DNA from: Pontiella sp.
Lineage (GTDB): Bacteria > Verrucomicrobiota > Kiritimatiellia > Kiritimatiellales > Pontiellaceae
Reading direction: 5' to 3'
NCBI GenBank assembly: GCA_050290185.1
Contig: JBNKHE010000011.1
Location: 35,677 to 99,676, forward strand
DNA: 64,000 nt
The notes under the pieces were generated by a model that worked only from the letters and a program-made list of their open reading frames with translations, was not told the DNA's origin and did not search any database. Made by a program: the position numbers and the translations under genes. Below are positions 23,489 through 33,528 of this stretch, in pieces. Positions within the stretch are counted from its first letter, which is position 1; every line of letters begins with the position of its first letter.

Positions 23489-24097
23489 ATGAAAAGCTTT
23501 TTTGCGTTGATCTCGATGGCGATCCTGCTGATGGCTGGAAGTGTACAGGCGTCGGATGAAATTGTCTTTATCGATCTGCAGGAGGTTTTCAAGCAATTCT
23601 ATAAAACCCAGCTGGCGCAGGACAGGATCCGGCAGCAGGCTGACGACATCAAAATGGAACGCGACGCGATGGAATCCGAGGTTGAGGCGATAAAGGCCGA
23701 GATCGAGGTCCTTCGTGCTGATTCCCGCGATGAAACGTTCAGTGAGGAGGTCCGCGCAAACAAACGGGACCTGCTCGAGGAAAAGCTGGTTGCTCTTCAA
23801 AAGAAGGAGCAGGAGATGGCGGATTTCGAGAAGCTGCGCAGGGAACAGATCGAGGCGCAAAACCAGCGTCTGACCAGGAAACTATTCGACGAGATACATG
23901 ATGTTGTCGTCAATTATTCGAAGATGAAAGGCTATGCCGCGGTCATTGACCGGTCCGCCCAGAGCCGTATGGGTTCCGACACGGTACTTTTTGCCAGTGC
24001 GAAGTTCGATATTTCGGCCGAGGTGATCGAGGTGCTGAATCAGGGGCGCGTGACTGGCGATGCCGACGAAGAAGCTGCCGTGAATGTTGAGGAGTAA
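23489..24097 (+). CDS. skp: OmpH/Skp periplasmic chaperone
   Basis: Signal peptide, 'IVFIDLQEVF', coiled coil and 'DISAEVI'; upstream of lpxD. Confidence 0.85.
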   Translation: MKSFFALISMAILLMAGSVQASDEIVFIDLQEVFKQFYKTQLAQDRIRQQADDIKMERDAMESEVEAIKAEIEVLRADSRDETFSEEVRANKRDLLEEKLVALQKKEQEMADFEKLRREQIEAQNQRLTRKLFDEIHDVVVNYSKMKGYAAVIDRSAQSRMGSDTVLFASAKFDISAEVIEVLNQGRVTGDADEEAAVNVEE

Positions 24098-24098
24098 G

Positions 24099-25133
24099 AT
24101 GAAACTGTCAGAGCTTGCCGAACGTCTGGGCGGAGTCCTGGAAGGTGATGAATCCATTGAAATTACGGCGGTTGCCGGTCTGAAGGAGGCTGGGAAAGGC
24201 GACCTCAGTTTTCTTGCGAACCCTAAGTATGCTGCTCAGGTTTCCGCTACGGCGGCTTCGGCGGTCATCGTCCCGAACGAGTGGGACAGGCCTGCAAAAT
24301 GTGCGCTGATTCGAGTTGAAAATTCGGACGAGTCTTTCGCGATTGCCGCCGAGCTCTTTTATGAGCAGGTTCCTGCTCCGATGCCGGGGGTTCACCCGAC
24401 CGCTTGCGTGGCCGCATCGGTCCAGCTAGGAGATGGGGTGTCAATCGGAGCTCATTGCACGATTGAAGAAGGCGTGGTTATCGGTGCCCATACCGTGATC
24501 CAACCCAACTGCGTCATTGGCTACAAAACGACAATCGGTGAAAACTGCCTGCTATATTCGCTGGTCTCCACACGTGAGTTTACCGAAATCGGTGATCGCG
24601 TAATCATTCACAACGGCGCGGTTGTTGGTTCCGATGGGTTTGGTTATGCTGTCCAGAAGGATGGGTCGCGCACCAAAATTCCCCAGATCGGAAAAGTGGT
24701 GATCGAAGATGATGTGGAGATCGGAGCCAATGTGGCCATTGACCGGGCCCGGTTTGGCAAGACCAAAATCGGTAAGGGAACCAAGATCGATAACCTGGTT
24801 CAAATTGCGCACAATGTCGTGATCGGCGAGCATTCCGTCATGTGCGGGCAGGTGGGTATTTCCGGAAGCTCCACCATCGGCTCCCGCGTAATTCTTGCTG
24901 GGCAGGCTGGTTTGGCCGGACATCTGGAGGTTGGTGACGGTGCGATCGTCGGTGCACAGGCCGGAGTCATGAAGGATGTTGAGCCGAAGGCTTTTGTTAT
25001 TGGCTCGCCCGCCATGCCGCATTTACAGTTCAAAAAGATGATTGCGAATACGATTTTGCTGCCGAAGCTCAAGGATAAGATCAGGCAGGTTGAAGAACGC
25101 GTTGATACTCTTTCGAGTGATGAAAAAAAGTAG
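24099..25133 (+). CDS. lpxD: UDP-3-O-acylglucosamine N-acyltransferase
   Basis: 'LSFLANPKY', hexapeptide repeats, 'GSDGFGY' and 'KIDNLVQIAHNV'. Confidence 0.96.
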   Translation: MKLSELAERLGGVLEGDESIEITAVAGLKEAGKGDLSFLANPKYAAQVSATAASAVIVPNEWDRPAKCALIRVENSDESFAIAAELFYEQVPAPMPGVHPTACVAASVQLGDGVSIGAHCTIEEGVVIGAHTVIQPNCVIGYKTTIGENCLLYSLVSTREFTEIGDRVIIHNGAVVGSDGFGYAVQKDGSRTKIPQIGKVVIEDDVEIGANVAIDRARFGKTKIGKGTKIDNLVQIAHNVVIGEHSVMCGQVGISGSSTIGSRVILAGQAGLAGHLEVGDGAIVGAQAGVMKDVEPKAFVIGSPAMPHLQFKKMIANTILLPKLKDKIRQVEERVDTLSSDEKK

Positions 25134-25270
25134 GAGCTTGCACAACTATTCCATAAATGTATCGTCATGCGCAGCATGGTTACATAAATGTGTTTTGCTG
25201 TGGGTTTTTATGTGAGGGTTGTATAGTGTAACTTTTTGAATACGATGGGGATATATCGTGTTTGGTTGGT

Positions 25271-25286
25271 TGGTATGGAACGTGCG
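25271..25286 (+). promoter_or_regulatory. Candidate sigma-54 (-24/-12) promoter of the GSIII gene
   Basis: TGGTATGGAACGTGCG has GG-N10-GC spacing; repeated TGCRCA...CATAAATGT sites lie about 100 bp upstream. Confidence 0.45.
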
Positions 25287-25414
25287 TATCGCCAATCGAC
25301 TTCTAAGAACTCATCGTTTTCTAATTCCGGTGTTCGAGGTAGACAGCCGGATTTGTTTGAGTAGGGTGCATTGCCGCCGGATTCCGGAGGCAATTTAATT
25401 ATTAAGGAGATAAC

Positions 25415-27451
25415 ATGAAGAATACCATTGAAGGATTTGGCGAACTCGTATTTGGCCTTCCGGTCATGGAGACCCGTCTGTCGGCTCCGACTTTCGCCGC
25501 GTTGAAAAAAACCATTGAAACGGGCTCTGAGCTCGACGCAAGCATTGCCGACGAAGTGGCCGAAGCGATGAAGGAATGGGCCATGGAAAAAGGGGCCACG
25601 CATTACACCCACTGGTTCCAGCCGCTCACCGGCTCCACGGCTGAAAAACACGACTCCTTCATCTTTCCGGATTTCAAGGGTGGGGTCATCACCGCCTTTG
25701 GCGGAGAGGAACTCATTCAAGGTGAGCCCGACGCATCTTCCTTCCCGTCCGGCGGTCTGCGCGCCACCTTCGAAGCCCGCGGTTACACCGGGTGGGATCC
25801 GACCAGTCCGGCATTCATCAAATACGATTCCGTCAACGCGGCCACGCTTTGCATTCCGACTGTTTTCTGCGGCTATAATGGTGAAGCACTCGACAAAAAG
25901 ACTCCGCTCTTGCGTTCCATGAAGGTCCTCTCCGAGCAAACCGTTCGTCTTGGCAAGCTCTTCGGCATTGACTGCGGTGACACCATGGCGAAGGCCACGC
26001 TCGGATCCGAGCAGGAATACTTCCTGATTGATCTCGATCTCTATGAAGCCCGCCCCGACCTGCAACGTACCGGACGTACCCTGTTCGGCAAGGGCGCCAG
26101 CAAGCATCAGCAGCTTGACGACCACTACTTCGGGGCCATCAAACCGCGCGTAGCCGCATTCATGGCCGAGCTTGATGCCGTGCTCTGGCAGTACGGTGTT
26201 CCCGCCAAGACCCGCCACAACGAAGTGTGCCCGGCGCAGTTCGAAATCGCTCCGGTTTTTGAAACCCTCAACATTTCCGTCGATCACAACATGATCACCA
26301 TGGAAGTACTGCAGGCTACTGCAGAAAAGCATGGATTTGCCTGCCTGCTGCATGAAAAGCCGTTTGCTGCCGTTAACGGTTCCGGTAAGCACAACAACTG
26401 GTCGATCATGGGGCCGGACGGAAAGAACTGGCTGAAGCCTGGTGATACACCGCATGCAAATGCCAAGTTCATGACCATCGTTGTGGCCTTGTTAAAGGCG
26501 GTTGACACCCATGCCGACCTGCTCCGTGCATCGGTTGCCACCGCAGGTAACGACCATCGTCTCGGTGCCAATGAGGCCCCCCCGGCGGTGGTATCCGTCT
26601 TCCTCGGCGACCAGCTCACCGATATCATTGAGCAGATCGAAGCCGGTGGAGCAAAGAGCTCGAAGGAAGGCGGTCACATCCACCTCGGCGTTGATCTTCT
26701 TCCTAAGCTCCCGCGCGGCAATACCGACCGCAACCGGACTTCGCCGTTCGCGTTCGTCGGCAACCGTTTCGAGTTCCGCGCGGTTGGATCCAACCAGAGC
26801 CCGGCCGGTGCAAACATCGTGCTCAACACCATCGTTGCCGAAGCGTTCGACTACATCTGCACCGAAATTGAAACTGCAGTTGAAGGCGGCAAGGAATTCA
26901 ATGCGGCCCTGCAGGACGTTCTCGCGGCTGTCATCAAGGAGCACAAGCGCATTCTGTACAATGGCGACGGCTATACCGATGCATGGATTGAAGAAGCCAC
27001 GAAAGAGCGCGGCCTGCCGAACCTCGTTACCACCGAAGATTCGCTACCGGTACTTCAGACGCAGAAAGCCAAGGATCTCTTCGCTAAGTATGGCGTTCTC
27101 TCGAACGAAGAGCTGGAGTCCCGCTTCAACATCTACGAAGAGACCTATGAAACCATCATCGGTATCGAAGCAGCTACTGCATTGGATATTGCCAAAACGA
27201 TGCTGGTTCCGGCTGCAGTCACGGCGATCAACGAATACTCCTCCGTTCCGGCGGTTGCGGGTATCCACGCGGAAATGTCCAGCTTGCTGGAAGCTTCGGT
27301 CGCAGGCATTGCCAAGCTAGAAGCCGCTGGAAAGCCGGCGGATCAGATTGCAGCCATGAACGAGCTCCGGGCATCCATCGATGCTCTGGAAGCCATCGTT
27401 CCGGCGGATCTGTGGCCGCTTCCGAGCTACTCCGAGCTGCTGTTGGTCTAA
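25415..27451 (+). CDS. glnA: Glutamine synthetase type III
   Basis: Motifs '[21 protein letters not shown]', '[22 protein letters not shown]', '[10 protein letters not shown]' and '[10 protein letters not shown]'. Confidence 0.95.
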   Translation: MKNTIEGFGELVFGLPVMETRLSAPTFAALKKTIETGSELDASIADEVAEAMKEWAMEKGATHYTHWFQPLTGSTAEKHDSFIFPDFKGGVITAFGGEELIQGEPDASSFPSGGLRATFEARGYTGWDPTSPAFIKYDSVNAATLCIPTVFCGYNGEALDKKTPLLRSMKVLSEQTVRLGKLFGIDCGDTMAKATLGSEQEYFLIDLDLYEARPDLQRTGRTLFGKGASKHQQLDDHYFGAIKPRVAAFMAELDAVLWQYGVPAKTRHNEVCPAQFEIAPVFETLNISVDHNMITMEVLQATAEKHGFACLLHEKPFAAVNGSGKHNNWSIMGPDGKNWLKPGDTPHANAKFMTIVVALLKAVDTHADLLRASVATAGNDHRLGANEAPPAVVSVFLGDQLTDIIEQIEAGGAKSSKEGGHIHLGVDLLPKLPRGNTDRNRTSPFAFVGNRFEFRAVGSNQSPAGANIVLNTIVAEAFDYICTEIETAVEGGKEFNAALQDVLAAVIKEHKRILYNGDGYTDAWIEEATKERGLPNLVTTEDSLPVLQTQKAKDLFAKYGVLSNEELESRFNIYEETYETIIGIEAATALDIAKTMLVPAAVTAINEYSSVPAVAGIHAEMSSLLEASVAGIAKLEAAGKPADQIAAMNELRASIDALEAIVPADLWPLPSYSELLLV

Positions 27452-27471
27452 CCGACCCGCACGGATCACTG

Positions 27472-27504
27472 AAAAGACCTCGCATTATGCGGGGTCTTTT
27501 TTTT
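27472..27504 (+). terminator. Intrinsic terminator
   Basis: AAAAGACCTCGCA-TTA-TGCGGGGTCTTTT followed by a T-run. Confidence 0.85.
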
Positions 27505-27578
27505 CGCACGGGAGTTCTTACGCGTTGACTCAAAATATATGACGCCAAAGGGTCACACTGTGCTACTGTCATAAGCCT

Positions 27579-28532
27579 ATGAAACGAATCGGAATCACAA
27601 TAGGGGATGTCAACGGGATCGGACCGGAGGTGGCGTTTAAGGCCGTCGCTGAAGGCAACTGGCCCGACGATATGGAATTTATGCTGTATGGTCCCGTTAC
27701 GGCGATGAAGCAACAGATTCGGGAGCTGGAGTTTTCGCTGCCCGAGTCGGTCCATCTGCGCGATGTTGGAGTCGATGTGGCATGGACGCCCGGCAAGATC
27801 ACGGTCGATGCTTCGCGTGCGGCACAGGTGGCCATCCAGCGAGTGGTCGAGGCATGCCTTTCAGGAGATCTCGACGCCATGGTTACCGCGCCGATCTGCA
27901 AGGAAGGATTCCATAAGGCGGGAATCAACGTACCCGGGCACACTGAATATCTGGCCGAGCTCACCGGAACCAGCAATTTTGGTATGATGCTCATAGGCGG
28001 TGGTCTGCGCGTTATGTTGGTGACACGCCATGTTCCCCTTTCAGAAGTGCCTGCCGCCTTGACGTGCAAAAATATTGGCGAAGCGATCGAGCTGACCGGG
28101 CAGGCGTTGGAGCTCTTTGGCTTAACGAATGGAAAGATCGGCGTCTGTGGCCTCAATCCGCATGCAGGTGATGGCGGCGTCATCGGTCGGGAGGAGATCG
28201 AACTGATTAACCCGGCTGTTCAGACGGTGCGAAAAAAGGGATTCAATGTTTCCGATGCCGTGGCGGCCGATACGATCTTTTATCAGGCGCTGAATGGGCA
28301 GTATGATGCCGTAGTTGCCATGTACCACGATCAGGGGCTCGGACCCCTTAAGATGATTGGGTTTGACGAAGGTATAAACGTAACTCTTGGCCTGCCGATT
28401 ATCCGCACTTCGCCGGATCATGGAACCGCTTTTGGCATTGCCGGAAAAAACGAGGCTTCTCCCAATAGCATGAAAAGCGCAATATCCTTGGCCGTCGAAA
28501 TGGCTGGAAAATCCAACCCATGGAAAAGATAG
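27579..28532 (+). CDS. pdxA: 4-hydroxythreonine-4-phosphate dehydrogenase
   Basis: Motifs GDVNGIGPE, TAPI, GHTEYLA, GLNPHAG, AMYHDQG and RTSPDHGTAF. Confidence 0.95.
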   Translation: MKRIGITIGDVNGIGPEVAFKAVAEGNWPDDMEFMLYGPVTAMKQQIRELEFSLPESVHLRDVGVDVAWTPGKITVDASRAAQVAIQRVVEACLSGDLDAMVTAPICKEGFHKAGINVPGHTEYLAELTGTSNFGMMLIGGGLRVMLVTRHVPLSEVPAALTCKNIGEAIELTGQALELFGLTNGKIGVCGLNPHAGDGGVIGREEIELINPAVQTVRKKGFNVSDAVAADTIFYQALNGQYDAVVAMYHDQGLGPLKMIGFDEGINVTLGLPIIRTSPDHGTAFGIAGKNEASPNSMKSAISLAVEMAGKSNPWKR

Positions 28533-28616
28533 GCGGAAATATTCAAGGTAGGAAAATGCGCATGCTGCACGCGCATTTTTTGCCTGTCATTTTTCTGCCT
28601 GAAAACGAGATTTACA

Positions 28617-29447
28617 ATGTCTGACGAACCACGATTGACCAGTCCGAAGGAAGTGCGCGGTTTACTTGCGCAGTTGGGGCACCGGCCCAATAAGGGGTTG
28701 GGGCAAAACTTTCTCATCGACGCCAACATTCTCGACATCATCGCTGATGCCGCCGACATCCAGCCGGATGAGAACGTGCTCGAAATCGGGCCGGGACTCG
28801 GGGCGTTGACGGAACGGATTATTCCGAAGGCGAAATCGGTGACGTGCATTGAAAAGGATCCGACGATGGCCAGTTACCTGAAGTCGCGGTTCACGGGCTT
28901 TACGCTCATCGAGGAAGATGCGTTGGATGTAGATCTGGATGGGCTGTTCTCGGGAGGCATCACCAAGGTGGCGGCCAATCTGCCGTATTCCGTGGCGAGC
29001 CGTTTGATGGTCGACATCGCCGAGTGCGAACATCGTCCCGAGCGGATGTCGCTCACCATCCAGAAGGAAGTGGCCGATCGCCTGACGGCTCCGCCCGGCA
29101 ACAAGCACTATGGGGTGCTCAGCATTTTGACCGGCGTTTACTATGAAAACAGGATGATAAAAAAGATCAGCCCCACCTGTTTCCTGCCGCCGCCAAAGGT
29201 TTGGTCGGCTGTCGTCAAAATGGAACAGCGCGACGTGCCGCTCGTTGATGCGCAATCCTACCCGACTTTTAAGAAGCTGGTGAAGCATTGCTTCTCCCAG
29301 CGCCGGAAGCAGGTCGGGACTATTTTGAAACGAATGGAGATCTCGCCGGTCGATGAGTTGCTGGCTGATGCCGGCATTGCACATACCGAGCGGCCGGAAG
29401 TCATCGAGATCGAGCGGTGGGCCACATTGGCCAGGTTGCTTTCGTAA
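28617..29447 (+). CDS. rsmA: 16S rRNA adenine dimethyltransferase
   Basis: Motifs LGQNFLID, EIGPGLGALT, ANLPY, QKEVA and FLPPPKV. Confidence 0.95.
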   Translation: MSDEPRLTSPKEVRGLLAQLGHRPNKGLGQNFLIDANILDIIADAADIQPDENVLEIGPGLGALTERIIPKAKSVTCIEKDPTMASYLKSRFTGFTLIEEDALDVDLDGLFSGGITKVAANLPYSVASRLMVDIAECEHRPERMSLTIQKEVADRLTAPPGNKHYGVLSILTGVYYENRMIKKISPTCFLPPPKVWSAVVKMEQRDVPLVDAQSYPTFKKLVKHCFSQRRKQVGTILKRMEISPVDELLADAGIAHTERPEVIEIERWATLARLLS

Positions 29448-29465
29448 GGTTTCTTCCGGGTGTGG

Positions 29466-30206
29466 TTACCGTTTGGCTTTTGGTTTGCGGCGGAAGCCGT
29501 TGCGGACGGCGAGGGTCCATACCACCCATAGGGCTTCGTAGACAATGTTGCCGCTCATTTTGGAGGTGCCTTCCTTCCGGTCCTCGAATACGATCGGTAC
29601 TTCGCCAATGCGGAACCCCTTCATCCAGGCTTTGTGCGACATTTCAATCTGGAAGCCATAGCCGTTGGCTTTTACGGCATCGAAGTCATAGGCCTGAAGG
29701 ACTTCGCGGCGGAAGCACTTGAATCCACCGGTTGGATCAGAGATCGGCATGCCTGTGATCATGTGGACATAGATGGCCGCCCCCCGACTGAGAAGGAGGC
29801 GGTTCATCGGCCAATTCAGTACGCGGATGCCTCCACAATAGCGGGAGCCGATGACGAGGTCGTGACCGGCAATTATCTTATCGCGGAAATTAGGGATCTC
29901 CTTCGGGTCGTGCGAAAAGTCGCAGTCCATTTCCATCACGAATTCGTAGTCGCGCTCCAAGGCCCATTTGAAGCCGGCGATATAGGCGCGGCCAAGGCCG
30001 TCCTTCGACGTACGGTGCATGACATGGATGCGCTCATGTTTTTCAGAAAGCTCGTCCGCGATCTTTCCGGTGCCATCGGGAGAGTTATCGTCGACAAACA
30101 AAATATCGACATGCGGAGACGTGTCGAGTACGACCGCGGCCATCCTGCCGATGTTTTCCTTTTCGTTGTAGGTCGGTATGATGACCAGCGTGTCGATTTC
30201 TTTCAT
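29466..30206 (-). CDS. Polyprenol monophosphomannose synthase (GT2)
   Basis: Motifs IIPTYNE, VDDNSPDGTG, GLGRAYIAGF, MDCDFSHDP and GYGFQIEM. Confidence 0.9.
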   Translation of the reverse strand: MKEIDTLVIIPTYNEKENIGRMAAVVLDTSPHVDILFVDDNSPDGTGKIADELSEKHERIHVMHRTSKDGLGRAYIAGFKWALERDYEFVMEMDCDFSHDPKEIPNFRDKIIAGHDLVIGSRYCGGIRVLNWPMNRLLLSRGAAIYVHMITGMPISDPTGGFKCFRREVLQAYDFDAVKANGYGFQIEMSHKAWMKGFRIGEVPIVFEDRKEGTSKMSGNIVYEALWVVWTLAVRNGFRRKPKAKR

Positions 30207-30255
30207 AATAGGGGAATGTATGTTGAAAGGCTGTTCTTCTGCAAGTGTGCGGGTA

Positions 30256-33200
30256 TTAAAAAACAATGGGAAGTCGTTTGAGATCCCGGGAAGAAATTAC
30301 GATCAGTTCTGTGCGGGCTTCACCCGCATAGGGGAAGCATTTTTCTGCCGCGAGGCGGTAAATTTCCATCTGAGTCCGGTACTGCTCGACCAACTCGGTT
30401 TCGCTGGCCTCGGTGAATTTGTAGTCAAAGATTGCGAAGCCATGGGTGCTTTGGCATAGCAGATCGATCGTGCCATCGATGATTTTATCATCACCATGCA
30501 GAACAAAGGGGAACTCCGGGCGGATCGATGTCATCTCCGAGGTCAAAGAAACCATCAATTCCCGTGCCTGTTCGATACGGTTGACCATGGATGCAGCCTC
30601 CGGCTTGCCGATGGAAAACTCTTTTCGCAGGATCTCCATCCAGTTTCCCACCGATCCCTGCCAGTTGTTCAGCGCAAGCTGTTCGAGTACGGCATGGCCC
30701 AGGGAGCCCAGGGCGGCCGAGGTTGGTCCGGCTTGGAATACCGGAATCTCTGGTTCTTCATGATCGATTTCAATCTCATCCTGTTCTTTGGCCAGTCGAG
30801 TGGCAGGCATGCGTTGAAGGGTTGGTTGGGCAGGAGGTCGGTTAATCGACTCCAGAGCTGATGCAAGCCGGCTGGCCGATGGGCGTTTTGTATTTGCCAT
30901 TTGCGGTTTCCGGTCTGTTGCGCTGGAGAGGGTGGAGTAGGGGATGGCCGGAATATCGGTGCCGATCAGCGGTTCCATTTGACGGTACCATCCGGCGGGA
31001 CGCTGCCCCACTGATGCCGAGGTTACCACGAGGTCGCGCGCGCGGGTCATGGCCACATAAAACAGATTGTTCAACTCGTGCGTACGAACTGCGGTTGCCC
31101 GTTTGCTGGCAGCGTCAAAACCGGGCGACTTAACGCTGCTTCGGTCGGGAGCCGTAATGCGCAAGCCGAGGACAGGTGCCTTCTGCTGGTCATAAAAAAC
31201 CTGGGCAAAGCTTCGGTCGGCGTTGTCGGAAAAACTCAGGTCGGGCACGAAAACCACACGCTTGGTCAATCCCTTTGCCCCGTGGACGGTCATGATGGTA
31301 ACGGCGTTCTGCGCTGGATCGAGCAGGGCGGCTTCGGGAATCTGTGGCGGGTTGGCAATCTGTTCGGCCAGTTTCCTTGCGACGGTGGCCGGTGTAGTGT
31401 GAGCTCCGCGCTCGGCCTCGCGAAGCCAGTCCAGCACTTTGCGCAGATTCGCCAGACGTTGTATGCCCCGCGGCAGGCCGGCCAGGAGGGCATCGTATCC
31501 GGTTTCATCGATCAGCATGCGTACCAGCTCAGAGGCCAACTTCGTTCCGAGCATTCCGCGGTAGCGGTCGATTAGATCTGTTTTATCCGAATAGCGGGCC
31601 ATCAGGTGGTCGACCGAGAAACCGCCGTCATACCACGCCAGCTCGGCAATCTCCTCATCCGAAAGGCCGATCCACGGTGAACGGAGAAATCCGATCAGCG
31701 AATAGGCGTCTTTCGGGTTGTAAAGCACGTTTAGGAAGAGAGATACATCGCGTGTTTCCTGTCGTGTAAACAGGCCGCGGCCTTTTCCTCCGAGCGTGTA
31801 GGGGATGTCCGCATGCCGCAGCGCTTGCTCCAAAACCGACTGATGCGATGTGCGGCGCAGCAGGATCAGGATGTCGGAATAGCGGTAGCGGTTGGCATCG
31901 TTTGCGGGTTGGAATCCATCAAGCGCATAGCGATAGCCAGGTTTCCATTCAGGAGCGTCCTCGGTCAGCAGCCGGATGCGATTGGCCAACGCTTCCATTT
32001 CTTCCGCCACCTTCTCCTGCTTCGAGCGATCCTCGTCATCATCCGGCGCAAGGAATTCGATGCAGGGCTTTTCGTCTTCGGTTGCAAAACCGGCGTTGGG
32101 TTGGAGGTAGTCGTTGGCGGAATAAACGTCCCCGCCATAGACGGCGGCGAAGAGTTTGTTTACAACGTCGATGATCGGCGCCTTGCTGCGGTAGCTGGTT
32201 TGCAGGTGCTCGGGTTTTCCGCCGGAATCAAGTATGGCTTTCTCCAGGTCCGGCATCACCTGCGGGTCGGCACCGCGCCAGGTGTAGATGCTCTGCTTCT
32301 TGTCGCCGCAGATGACGAGGTTGGTTTCCTCGCCCTGCAACGCCTGGATTAAATTGCACTGTATACGGGAGGTGTCCTGCACTTCATCGACAATGACATA
32401 GCGGAATCCGGGCCTGGCTTTTCCGGTTTGTAGCAGGAGCGCTGCCATGCGGAGCTGATCATCGAAATCGACGGCATTCATCTCGTGCTTACATTGTTGA
32501 AAGCGTTGCGCCACCTTCTGCACATAACGGGCAAACGCCTTGGCCGCCGGAAAGCGTTCACGGTAGCGCCTGGCATCGGTCACTGATTCCTTCAGCATCC
32601 AGAAATCATCGGAAATCTCCTTGGCCCCTCTGCCGAATTTCTTTATCCCCAGTTGCTCCAACCGTTCCACGAGCGCTTCGACATCGTTGGTTTCATTCAA
32701 TGCCTGACGCATAAGGTCGAGTGCGGTTTGAACCGCAGGGGTGATCTTTGGCAGGTCGGTTATGCGGTTGCAGATGTGTTCGAAATCGATGCGCGATGCT
32801 CCGGGCTCGGGATCGGGCAACAGGGATTCGGCATTTTCGAGCGAGATCCCGAGACTGCCGGCCTGGGCGATCAGGTTGGGGAGCGTTTCGGTGATGCTGG
32901 TTCCAAATCCAGTGCCGGAGCCAATGATGTGAGCGCCGGCGCAGAACGCCTTGAAGTCGGGGTCGGATTCCAAGCCTTGCAGCAGTTCATCGCGACAGAT
33001 CTGATTCAACAATTCGTCGCGCTCGTCACCGACCAGTACCGTAAAGCCGGGAGACAGTCCCGCTTCGAGGGCATGTTCACGCAGAAGGCGGGTGCAATAG
33101 GAATGGATGGTTCCGGTCGGAGCCGAGGCTAATCTGGAGGATGCCAGAATGGCCCGTTCCATGCGCTCGTCATGACCGGCAACCTCGGCGTTGCGGCGCG

Positions 33201-33375
33201 CCTTGAGGAGTCGATGCGCCACGCGCATGCGCAGTTCGGCGGCGGCATTCTCGGTAAACGTCATCAGCAGGATTTCGCGTGGATCAATGCCGTCCTCAAG
33301 CACCAGCTTCTCATAAAGCTGGGTCACCTGGTAGGTCTTGCCCGTACCGGCCGATGCATTGTAGACGATATTCAT
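30256..33375 (-). CDS. UvrD-like helicase with C-terminal PD-(D/E)XK nuclease (AddA/RecB-like)
   Basis: Helicase motifs ASAGTGKT, TFTENAA, TIHSY, VDEVQDTS, GDKKQSIY, MTVHGAKGL and YVAMTRAR; nuclease motif 'GTIDLL...FDYK'. Confidence 0.9.
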   Translation of the reverse strand: MNIVYNASAGTGKTYQVTQLYEKLVLEDGIDPREILLMTFTENAAAELRMRVAHRLLKARRNAEVAGHDERMERAILASSRLASAPTGTIHSYCTRLLREHALEAGLSPGFTVLVGDERDELLNQICRDELLQGLESDPDFKAFCAGAHIIGSGTGFGTSITETLPNLIAQAGSLGISLENAESLLPDPEPGASRIDFEHICNRITDLPKITPAVQTALDLMRQALNETNDVEALVERLEQLGIKKFGRGAKEISDDFWMLKESVTDARRYRERFPAAKAFARYVQKVAQRFQQCKHEMNAVDFDDQLRMAALLLQTGKARPGFRYVIVDEVQDTSRIQCNLIQALQGEETNLVICGDKKQSIYTWRGADPQVMPDLEKAILDSGGKPEHLQTSYRSKAPIIDVVNKLFAAVYGGDVYSANDYLQPNAGFATEDEKPCIEFLAPDDDEDRSKQEKVAEEMEALANRIRLLTEDAPEWKPGYRYALDGFQPANDANRYRYSDILILLRRTSHQSVLEQALRHADIPYTLGGKGRGLFTRQETRDVSLFLNVLYNPKDAYSLIGFLRSPWIGLSDEEIAELAWYDGGFSVDHLMARYSDKTDLIDRYRGMLGTKLASELVRMLIDETGYDALLAGLPRGIQRLANLRKVLDWLREAERGAHTTPATVARKLAEQIANPPQIPEAALLDPAQNAVTIMTVHGAKGLTKRVVFVPDLSFSDNADRSFAQVFYDQQKAPVLGLRITAPDRSSVKSPGFDAASKRATAVRTHELNNLFYVAMTRARDLVVTSASVGQRPAGWYRQMEPLIGTDIPAIPYSTLSSATDRKPQMANTKRPSASRLASALESINRPPAQPTLQRMPATRLAKEQDEIEIDHEEPEIPVFQAGPTSAALGSLGHAVLEQLALNNWQGSVGNWMEILRKEFSIGKPEAASMVNRIEQARELMVSLTSEMTSIRPEFPFVLHGDDKIIDGTIDLLCQSTHGFAIFDYKFTEASETELVEQYRTQMEIYRLAAEKCFPYAGEARTELIVISSRDLKRLPIVF

Positions 33376-33528
33376 GGATCCACTATAAGTTGCGGGAAAG
33401 GAAGTCTAAAGGAGAAAGGGCTCCATCCTTGTGACGCACTCAAAGTATGTCATCCAAACATCACGATTGTGGTATTTGGATGGCATATATACTGGGTGTG
33501 GAGCAGTCGAGGAAAGGTGAGGGGAAGG

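Noticed and set aside
25313..25395. Glutamine (glnA) riboswitch candidate starting ATCGTT
   Set aside because: It lacks the conserved GGAAGTAAG and GAAG-AACG elements; only generic hairpins are present.
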